Positions 13,411-24,400 of a stretch of DNA of 64,000 bases are shown piece by piece (position 1 is the stretch's first letter; each line of letters begins with the position of its first letter). The notes below the pieces were generated by a model that searched no databases, was not told where the DNA came from, and saw nothing but the letters and a program-made list of their open reading frames with translations. The translations under genes and the position numbers were made by a program. The DNA is from Chiloscyllium plagiosum (Eukaryota): NCBI RefSeq assembly GCF_004010195.1, contig NC_057716.1, positions 45,747,329-45,811,328 of the forward strand, in the 5' to 3' direction.

Positions 13411-15607
13411 ATGTGAATTCTATGACACCTCTTATTTTATTGTTTCTTTTACATAGGATTTTAACTAGATGTTGTCAAAGTATACATTTTAAAAGTATTT
13501 CTCTATAACTTCATTTCGGAAATTAATTAATTGACTGCAACATTAGTGACAAATTCATTACTTAAACCATCACAAATACCACATTTGTACCTGGTCTAGT
13601 GAAATCTCTACCTGGATTTTTGAAATTATTTTCTCAGGTTCCATTCCTCCTTCCCGACACACTAAAGGGCACAAGATGACAGATCTTTCCCAAGTCTATG
13701 CCAACTAATGAGGTGAATGTGGACTTACTTTCTGTTTGTCTTTTAGAAGATATCTGAAATTAATTTAACATTTTTGAGACGTCCAGTGAAATCAGCATGT
13801 AGAAACCATGAAGGGGGCTAGAAAAGAAAACCCCAATATATGACTCATCAACCGTCGCATCAATGAGCCAGTCTACCAGAATATGAATGCCAAATGATTT
13901 CTTAAAACTAAATACTATTTCAGAACATCATGCACAAAACAGACTCCCTGCTTAAGGTATATTTTTCAAGCATACCTGAAGAAAAATCAGTTTTACTCTA
14001 CTTTTAAGAACTTAATACCATAGCTGTTTTAGGTTACACCTGTTACACTGACAATGATTTTACGCCAACTTTTTAGATTCAAGGCAGTTCAGGGCCGAGT
14101 TTTATGATGTTAAACAACATTGCTGAATCAATTATTATAGTCTGTGCAGATCACAATTATGTCAGCATGTAAGTTATTTACAGATTGACAATTTGCACTG
14201 ACAGAATTTAGCAATTCTTTAAAAAAAATCTATGAAATAAAGGACTTTTGAATGCCAATTAATAAAAGACAAACAAAACAGAAACTACCATTAGCAATAT
14301 CTAAGATTTTACAGAGACCAAATAAACCTGATTCATTTAATATGCAAACTAACATTTCAAGATATGAAACTATTGAAAATGAAATTGATACTTCAGTTTA
14401 TTTAACAAAGACTACTAACGACATTGGAAGAATTTACTCTCAGGATGAGTGGATTATATGGGTCTGAAGAATCAGATTTGAGGGTTTTCTGCTTGTTGAT
14501 TCAGCAATCCAATATCATTGAATTGAGAGAAATATGGAGTTAACCTCACTGTTCAAATATATTTTAAAACTAAAAAAAATCTTTTAAACAACTGCACAAT
14601 GCAAACTTGTCCATCAAATGCCTACACATCAAGAATTGTCAGTGTAATTCAAGATTTGGTAATGGTTGCAAGGACCTTTTTGTGAATTAATACCAAAGAA
14701 ATAATTTTTCAGTGCCTCCTGCTTTGGAGAGGTTGAAAGGGGAAGAAAATACCTTAAACAGAGAGTCACACTAAAATCAGCATCCAAAGTTAGAGTCTTA
14801 GGCAATCTCTAAAGTTCAACTTGCAATATCCAGACTGGAACAAGGAATTCAAAAACACTTACACTATTCAACCATTTCTTGTTCATTGAATAATAATGTT
14901 TACACAGAACTTCAGAATAAACAATTTATAAAGTTTTGACCACAAAGATTATATTCTTGAAAAGCATGAAAGAAAAAAAGAAGCAGCATTCTGATCAATG
15001 TATTGAATTTGTTCTTTTTCCTTAAGGTATGGAATGGATCATATTTACGCTTTTGGCACTTGGTGTCAGCATCAATTGTCAGGTTAAGTACAACATGGGT
15101 CAGTTGCAGAGTGAATATCTCTGTTCTGTCCAACTGCAGTATAACACTGCTTTGATGCCAATACCCTTAATCGCCTCTGAATGAGATCAGTCAAAATTTG
15201 GCACAAATTGGCACTAAAATGGCAGTTTTTTTTGCTGTGGACCCACATCAACTAGAAACTGGATTTATTTTTGCAATCAAATTTCATATAGGATTTTTAT
15301 AGCTTGTATAAAAAGAAAGCTTCATTTGATCACCAGACTAGATTTAATCCAAAAAGCAGTGTGCTACCCACGTGATAAAAATAAATATTTGAAACTATAC
15401 AAAATTAAAACAAATTATCGATATTAATAAGTTCAAAATAGAGTTGGACAGACGGTAGAGGGTCATCACTAAATAAAATGTTTCTTTTTGCTCCTTATGC
15501 TTGCAGATCAGGATGCCTTTGCATCAGGGATACTTAACAGCATTCTTGGAATGAGGTTAAAAATCACACAACACCAGGTTATAGTCCAGCAGGTTTAATT
15601 AAAAGCA

Positions 15608-15642
15608 CACTAGCTTTCAGAGCGATGCTCCTTCATCAGGTG
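15608..15642 (-). ncRNA. Minimal hammerhead ribozyme motif (sense to the JAZF1-like transcript)
   Basis: Reverse strand cac-CTGATGA-a-GGAGC-atc-GCTCT-GAA-AGCT-A-gtg; G-U pair at the base of helix II. Confidence 0.62.
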
Positions 15643-15759
15643 ACAGTGGAGGGTTCAATCCTAGCACACAGAATTTATAGCAAAAATTTACAGTGTGATG
15701 TAACTGAAATTATACATTGAAAAATTGATTGTTAAGTCTTTCATCTGTTTGAATACCAT

Positions 15760-15794
15760 CACCTGATGAAGGAGCGTCGCTCCGAAAGCTAGTG
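15760..15794 (+). ncRNA. Minimal hammerhead ribozyme motif
   Basis: cac-CTGATGA-a-GGAGC-gtc-GCTCC-GAA-AGCT-A-gtg: intact core, 5-bp helix II, palindromic helix III, 3-bp helix I. Confidence 0.7.
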
Positions 15795-16552
15795 TGCTTC
15801 TAATTAAACCTGTTGGACTATAACCTGGTGTTGTGTGATTTTTAACTTTGTATACCCCAGTCCAACACCGGCATCTCCAAATCATTCTTGGAATGACACA
15901 TTTAGTAATATGCAGGAAATGAAAGTTGTTATTGTAAGTTGTTTTCAAATGATTCCAGTGTTTAAGTCATTAAAAATTTGACTAAAATTTGCTGCAAGTC
16001 TAATTTCATTTTAAATCGGCATTGGTACAGAAATATACATAACTGTTTCCATTTTAATACCAAAATGAAGCAGAAATGACAACTATTCTCATCAATTTTA
16101 CTACAAGAAATGCCTTAAGGGAGCAATTTCTTTGCTATTTGTTTGTGCACCAGAGATTAAAAATGGAACAGTATAGTCTAGTATAGTATTCTAGCCTTTT
16201 AAATATTGAATTGATTTCTCAATGTCAGCACAAGATTTGTAAATTCACCTCCCCAATTGGTTATTGGAAAATTATTGGAAAATTTGGTGTAGAACTGGCT
16301 CATATCATCGAGGCGTGCTCTACTCTTTTATCCCATCTCAGTGAGTATAGCGTGTGTGTAATCTATTTCTGCCTGAGCAGGATGTCATGGTCAACTGCGT
16401 GATGACAGGTGCTGCTGCAGTAAATATACTCGAGACAGGGCAGATTTGGACGGTTAGATCATTCTTATTTGCTGTCATTGCCTGTCAATTGACACAGTAA
16501 AATTAAGTTCAAGATCTTGATAACAGAAAGAGGAATCTCACTATTATACTAC

Positions 16553-16647
16553 GGGGTGAATTTCTATAAAAATTCTCTTGATTGTCCAATTTTACCCTGA
16601 CTACCTATGGCTTTTCAATCGGAAGAACACCCATGGAAATTCACCCC
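16553..16647. mobile_element. Small MITE-like element with 12-bp TIRs
   Basis: ggggtgaatttc (16553-16564) and gaaattcacccc (16636-16647). Confidence 0.5.
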
Positions 16648-17249
16648 AACTCACTGACTCTAAAGGCTGTTCAGTCCTGATTCCCCTGTGCCACACTTCA
16701 GTTTGGCCATTAGAGAAAACACAGGAATGGACAGCTGTATATTGACTAGTTGATCATATTACACAAAATAAAACTGAAAGAATTGAGTGTTATTTATTCA
16801 CATTAAATTCAGATTATTCATTAATCTTTATAAATGGATGGATCTAGTAAAGGAAACCAAATCACCCCATTAATAGTTGGTAACCATCCACCAAAAATTG
16901 CGAAATTTAGGTAGCAGCAAAACATTATTTTTCATATTTGTAGTTTGGTTATGGACTGCCTTTGGACTAGATACATTGCACTACAGCTAAACTTGGAAAT
17001 CACTTTAAATCATTACAGAAATGAATAAATAAGAGTAGCTTTAAAGTTGCAAAATCTTTCTCAAATATAAGAAGTCTCTTAAGTCAATCTTTAGAATATT
17101 AAGTAGCACTTCTTTCCATAATTCTTTCTTGGAATATGAGGAAAAGCCGGGATTTACTGCTCATCATTAGTTGCCCTGAGATGATGATGGGATATCTATT
17201 GTCAGTGACTATGATGCAAGTAATTCAAAGTGTTCATCAGACACAAAAC

Positions 17250-17580
17250 GTCAAATCATACAGCACAGAAGAGGCCCTTCGGTTCATCGGGTCTGCACCT
17301 ACCTCACTACACTAATCCCATTTTCCAGCACCTGTCCCATAATCTTGAATATTATTTCGAGTACTCATCCTCGTATTTTTTAAAGATTGTGAGGTTTCTT
17401 GCCTCTATTGCCCTCCCATGCTGTGCATTCCAGATTTCCATCCTTTGGGTGAAAAAACCTTTCCTCAAATACCCTCTAAATCTCAAGCCTTTCACCTTAA
17501 AATGATGCCCCTTGCTACTGACCCATCAACTAGATGAACAGGTGCTTCCTATCCACCTGGTCCATGCTCTCCATAATCTT
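17250..17580 (-). mobile_element. CR1 3' fragment
   Basis: atcatacagcacagaagaggcccttcgg...gggtgaaaaaacctttcctcaaataccctctaaa. Confidence 0.7.
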
Positions 17581-20500
17581 CTACAAATACGGAGCTTTAA
17601 TCATTCTTTGTAACAGCTTGCAAAATATCAGATTTCATTAATAGTTAATCATTTTGATGTGGGACTGGAGTCACATTTAGGCCAGATAGGACAAGACAAC
17701 CTAACAGCTTCATCACTTTCAACAATGCAATAATACTTGGACAATTAGGCATGGGCAATAACTCCTGGCCTCATCAGTGTCACTGATATTCCCTGAACAA
17801 ATAAAAACATTTTCTCCAAATTTACATGAAAACCAAATAATTTTTTCTTCAAATTGCAATGGTGGGATTTGAACTCTCATTCTATTATTAACTCAGGTCT
17901 TGCACTTACTATTTTTGCACATAACCACCACACCCCAGTACATTTAACTCAGTTTTAACTGCAAATAAATATTCAATGTCTTTCTATATTTTTTCTATCT
18001 GTGCATGAGCAATTGGTGAATATCCAATTAAATGAAAACATTTTGAAAACTGCAAAATACTTTCAAATACTTAAAGATCATGAATTTGCTTGACACATAT
18101 TAGAAACGTAAAAGTACACCAGTATCTCAATTAAACATAATTATTTCCATGCTTTTTCTAAACAAAACTGAATACACCTAACTCTATAAATATGTGGTCT
18201 GAGGAAAGGTCATTAATGTGAAATGATAATTCTGTTTCCCTCTTGACTAATACTGCCGGACTTAAGTACATCCGACATGTTCTGTTTTTATTGCATAAAC
18301 CAAGGTTATCTTCCCGTAATTAATACATTATGACAACTGTTCAATTACTAAAAATCTGTCATATGGCTAGAAAGTTTTTTAAAAACAGCAAGAAAGAACA
18401 TTTTTCCCAGCCTCCACAGAACAAGTTCTTACCTATTTCCAATGAATTTATATTGCCATCAATCCAAATACTGTCCTTAAGAACTGGAGATGTAACCTCA
18501 GAAAATTAATTCTTTAAACCTTCTGATAAATTATTTCCATTTTATTAAAAAAGCCGATTTCTTAAGATTCATAATTCAATTTGTCTCTTTTTTTTTGCTC
18601 CCCCACCTCTCACCAAAAAGCATATTCCTAGAAATTCAGAGAAAAATTGTGCTCTATTGTCAAACTCACTAGGTTCAGAATATTTTAGAATATTAATTGA
18701 GAAGGCTTTTTCCTAAGGGGTGAATTCAAGGTACATTTCACAACTTGATGCAATGCTTTTTCAATACCATTTGGCTATCTGTTGCTCAATATCTAATATG
18801 CATATTTTATAATTCAGGTTATTTCTTCTCATTTTATCCCTGTGAAGACCTCAGTTGTATTTTGGGATCAGAATTAAAATGGAGATTTTTCAATGAGTTG
18901 AATTAGAAATAAAAAGTGGATGCAATGTAAATGTCAAAGAGATGTACATTTTAAAAATTTACTGTATTAATAAGGCTTTTGTGCAACGATAGAGTTTCAC
19001 ATGACTGCATCTCTCCCCCTAGTATCTATCTAGCTTTTATTAAAGAACAGCATTTTTCAAGGTGAAAAAAGACATCTTAGCAGTGATTAGAATCACAGAT
19101 CTAAACTAAGTTCATTCAAATAAGAACTTCCCAAACCAGTAATTAACAATGAATTAAAATATTCAAAGTCAATGTTCATGTTATTATAGAATGATTTCAC
19201 TTCTAATACATGCATTTATGCTATGGGGTTTCAATTTTTAAAGCATTATATCATTCACATTTTGATTAAAATTGACAAATTGTTGTTGATCTTTCTCAAC
19301 AGACAAGCATGGGAAACAATGCTTTGAGTTTAACAATATTTATCACTTACCTAGGTTTTAGGTTTACCTAGCTTGTTTAGAAAAGATAGAGGATTGGATA
19401 TTCTGGTTCATGTAACAATAGTTGCAGAAGAATGTATTCAGGAAGGCAGCTTTAGACCTCAGCTTTGGCTGTCTTTTGACCTCTGCTACCCTCTATGGGT
19501 GAGTTTTGCCAAATGTCAGAAGGGCTGTTTTAGTTACTTTGCAGGAGTAGTGAATTCCATTGACAGCATAATAGTGGGTCCACACTTACTAACAAAGCTA
19601 CATTGATTGCATCTGTAAAAGCCTTCAATCCAAACTGCTCAGCTTTTCTCATTTGTAAACCATTTGAAATATGGGGTGGAGGGGATAGAAAACAACAAAT
19701 AGGAAACACATATTCAGATCAGATTTCATCCTATAGTATCTACAGTGTCTATAGCAGCTACAGCACAAAGCGTTTGGGAATGTTAAGGTTTCTTTTGATT
19801 TTTTTTCAATGCCACTACAAAATCTTAATAGTGACCAAATTTTAAGCGTAATCATAAAGTATCAAAGCTTGCAAACAATGTAATAAAGAATGCCACATTA
19901 GGACTGGGGCAATCTGAACGGTTATGGGTTAGTCCTTTTATTTTAAAGAGGAAACGTAAAGTAATAGGAGCATATTACAATTTTATAAGCTAAATCAGGG
20001 CACCTCTATTTTCTAATCCATGGAAATAGAATCATGAAGCCTCCCAAACTGCACAGTATTGTAATACTGAATTATAAAAACAGAACTGGGTCAGTATTAT
20101 GTATTAGGCAGGCTTCCAAAAATACTAACTAAATTATCGTAGCTTAACTTGCTGACAACAGAATTTTTAAAATGCAACTGTACGTTATTTAGCTGCAAAC
20201 CGACTAACCTTATGTAGAGCCATATGGTACATACTTCTTTAATTAAACACACATACTGATTTAGAAAACTAAAGATCACATATGCCTCAAGAAATTAAGT
20301 ATTTTCTAAGCTGTGAACAATGATTACTACATATAGTTCTATACTTCTTTATTTACTACATAACTAGTGTGGTGATTCCTTCTCTAATTTCATGACAAAA
20401 ACTACCAACAATGATGTTCTGCATCAGATTACCAGATCAAGTAAATTTAACTCCCAGTTATAGATTCTGACACCACCTGATTCTATCTATATCTATGTTC

Positions 20501-21274
20501 CAAATTTAGGTTGCTGTTTGAAATTCAGTATTTTTTCTTCAAATCAAGGGTAGAGGAATTTGAAAAACTATGTAACAACTGCCAATGCTACTTGTGAATA
20601 GATTGATATAAAGTATCTTTAGTACACGTGAGAAAAGATTGTTCCCACACTCCATCCTCTTCTTCCCAAAAAACATGATAATCCAACATAACACAGCACT
20701 CAACCTAGTGGTATATGTCAAATGGGTCAGGTAGAAAACTCCCGTCAACACCCACACCTAACCCACCAAAATCGGCTGCTAATCTACAAATTACAGTGGA
20801 AAATTTAGTTTGCCTTTATTTGGATCTGTAAGTTTGGAACACCTAGGTTTAAAGTGTAGCAGCACCTTAGTACACAACTGATGACAGTTTTCAAAAAAGT
20901 TTGAGATAGAATAAAAAAATAAAACTATTCTGTAGACAATTTTAAGTTATGACCTAAAATTGCATATTGTAAAGTATTAAAGAAAAAGTGCTTTTAGAAG
21001 CACTGAAATCATTTAAAGTATTTTCCGTGGAATTCAAAATTAAAATTTAAAACACTGTACCTAATTTGTAGCAGCATCTTATGCCGTTATGGGAACACAT
21101 TTTGTTTTAGCTAAAATGTTCATTTCATGCAGAAGTAATTCACTTGAAAACAAATATTAAGGAATCTTTTTACTCCCCAAGACTTGTAGCAGTAAATCCT
21201 GAGGAAAAAAAATTCCTACTCACTCCTGTTAGAACATCTAGCCTGCATTTTTAAGGTCAGTCAGGTATAATGTC

Positions 21275-21451
21275 TCACAATTGCATCTTTCTAAGTATAT
21301 CAACTGACACTGGTGGATGAAAGGTAATAGTGTGGTGACGAAGCCCATGAGCAGTTTTGTAGCTTTTCCCACAGCGACACTTGAAAGGCTTCCGGACACG
21401 GCTCTGAGTACGATGGCCATTCTTGGCATGATACTTGATTCCATTAACATT
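21275..21451 (-). CDS. JAZF1: JAZF1-like terminal coding exon 5 (end of zinc finger 2, zinc finger 3, stop)
   Basis: tttctgttag|AATGTTAATGGA...; encodes NVNGIKYHAKNGHRTQSRVRKPFKCRCGKSYKTAHGLRHHTITFHPPVSVDILRKMQL then TGA at 21275-21277. Confidence 0.95.
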   Translation of the reverse strand, partial: NVNGIKYHAKNGHRTQSRVRKPFKCRCGKSYKTAHGLRHHTITFHPPVSVDILRKMQL

Positions 21452-24400
21452 CTAACAGAAATGAAGCATAGTTAGAGTCATCGTGAAAATCTGTTCAGAT
21501 ATTGCAATACATACATATTAACAGAATTTAGTTAAATATCTGTTAGGAATCCCAATTTGGCTTGTATCCTAACTTTGGTTTTTTTGGTATTAAACAAGTC
21601 AAACACTAACAGATAATAAACTTCAACTGCTCTAAATTGGAGATTATTAGCTTATAATATCAGCAAGAGATTTAATAATGATACATTTACCTTGTATGTG
21701 CAACATAAACATCAGCTTGACTGAGTCTCACAATCAGAGTTTGTGTTAAATTTATATGGCTATATCTTCGAAATATCAGTATTTCAAACATTTTTAAAGT
21801 AAAATTTAAATATAATGGTAAATAGGAAAAGAACAATTTCCACTAACTAATATTCTTCATGATTCTAGCACAATAAAAGATTAATGAAGTCCTAAACATT
21901 ATGATTAACCAACTCAATTAGAAATACTACTAATTCACAAAGCATGATAAAGTTCACAAAAGCAACTGAATGAAAATTATTGCATTGGTGTAAAAGTTAG
22001 TTAATGCATTTTAATAATATTTCCATAACAGTCCACCTCACTATGCATCTGCACCATCAAGGTTTCAAAATAGACATTGGCAATCCTTAATTTCCCATTG
22101 CAAAATTATATCAATTTATAAAAATACAACTTCTCTATTACCCTTCCCACTACACATTGTACCAATCATTACTAGTCTCACAGGCAACTAAAGTTGCAGG
22201 AAAAAATGTTAGACATACATAATAGAAAAGGCAATTATATTAAAATGTGATCCTTACATGTCATTTCAAGGTAAGTGGTTTTGTCTTCTAATTTTCATTT
22301 ACTCTTATTCCATGGGTAGATTTCTTACTCTTTCACTCTTTTCCTTTCCTCCCCAGGTATGCTTTGTGTTTAGTATATTTAACAAGCAGTAATCCTGTCA
22401 ACTCTGCAATACAGGGTTTTAATAGATCTAACTGTAGTTGTGGGTGGGCTCAGTTCTGCCTCCAACTACCATAAAATACTTGGAATTCTAAGCACCTCTT
22501 AACAATTACATTGTCCAGGAACCAGACGAAAGGATTAGGTTTCTCTGCTGTCAAAAAGGTATTCCAATTAAGAAATTAATGAAAAACTGTAGTGGTTTTG
22601 ATTTCCTTCCGACAAATGTACATATTTATAAAATGGATAGGAAACCAGTGAAATTTGCAGTAAATGGACTTGAATTTTCTCATCACAAAATATACATAGA
22701 AATAAAATCAAACTGTTGGGGTTAAAATCAAGGGCTCAATTGTACAATAATGGTCACAGTTGAACTTCAAGACATTAAGATGTTTTATATGTTAACAACT
22801 TACAAAAAAGTGATTGTTCCTTCACCACAACTGGACTGAAATACATAAGGAGATGGTACTGAGCTGCAAATAAGTATAATTAGATTCTGTTCCATATTAG
22901 GTTCCAGTTGCCTTTGGGTTATATGTGGAAGTAAATTGATAAGAAATGTTTATTCATGTTGATATTGTTCATCTCTGCAAAAGCCAGTTCACATTCTGAT
23001 GCTGCAATCCTTCCACAACATAATTGAAAGGCTGCTGCACAATATCAAAATATCACAATTCCGAATGGTTATATCATGGTAAACATCTATCCACATTTCA
23101 AGTGACCAATGTATATATGTACAACATATATAAATACACTTTCTGGGAAATGTAGTCCAATGTTTACTAAGAAATCAAGGTCATTAACAAAGCAAGGCAG
23201 CAAAGAAAATTTGGGGAAAATGAAAAGATAAACACACAAAGCAGACCAACTTTGGTAACAATATGTAAGTAGGTAAGATTTGCACCTTTTGAAAGAGTTG
23301 CATCTAAGTTTAAGTTAATTTAGTTGTTGTCAGGATAATAATTTAATAATAATAATCACTTCACTGTTTCCAAAATAAAATCCTGTTGAAGAAATTAATT
23401 TTCAATATTAAAGAGGAGTCTCTATTGCAATGAATCATTGTTTTAGATGCCAATCAACAGCAACATAAGAGGTAAATGACTTTCCTGCAGTGGAAATTTC
23501 TGTAGTATTATAAATATCTGCACCTTTCATAATGCTAGACATATTTTCAACCTGTTGGTTATAAAACTAAATTTCAGACTGACATTAGCAGCACTAGTTA
23601 AAATGAGTGCCCAATTATGACATTTAATCACATGAATGATAGATACCATTAAACAGAAGAAAAATAACTGTGGACTCAAAGAATGGGTTATTAACATGGA
23701 AATTATTGATAGATTGCTTTTTAATATTACATGGAATCCTCAAAATGTTTATACTGATACAGTGGTAACAAACTGAAGTCATACGTGTCTAAATTTCTAT
23801 TTTAGTTAAGACATAAATCAGAATTAAAAGCCAAAAGTTAGCTTTTTGAAATATTGTAAAGTAAAAATTCTCAATGTATTTAAATATTTATCAATTCAGC
23901 ATGTTCTAATCCAGTCCACCAGAGTCAAATTTGAGCTTAATGCAAAAATCTGCTAAAATAGTTAAGCTTCGCTCCATACCACTACTTCCTCCTCAGTCAC
24001 ATAAATAGCAGCTCTTCAAAACCAGCAAATTTGCCTTGCATTATCCCCTACAGAGGGTCTGGTTTAGGCTTCCGTCTAAACCATTACCCTTTATTTGTTG
24101 TTCCTCCATTGTACCAGGCATTCCAAAGACTATTAATCTACTGAGTCTGCTTGTTCTTTCAATAATGATGTTTGAGCAATTCAGCTGGACGGCTCTCGTG
24201 CATCAGACGTGGAGCCAGAAAGATTTCAGAATAACATAGAATAGCTTTGTTATACTGGTAATTAAGACAGGACTGACATTCAAACAGGACCTGGACAGGA
24301 TGTGGCAAATTACTGTATTCTTTGTGTGAAAAGCTGTTCCCACTATGGTTTGCCTGGCCTCCAGGGAACTCATCATCTTCACTAACAGTCAGAATGGGAT

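Larger units (their letters stand above)
15555..15882. mobile_element. Palindromic Penelope-derived mini-element, family B
   Basis: 88-bp inverted arms at 15556-15643 and 15759-15846; TSD cattcttggaatga at 15541-15554 and 15883-15896; same family as 41570-41783. Confidence 0.85.

Noticed and set aside
18248-18259. TAATACTGCCGG, identical to the 5' part of miR-200c
   Set aside because: Lies in a decayed family C Penelope tail (~18198-18292), has no pre-miRNA hairpin and diverges after 12 nt.
21238-21450. ORF-track protein MLMESSIMPRM...
   Set aside because: Shifted frame of JAZF1-like exon 5; the real frame is NVNGIKYHAKNGH.
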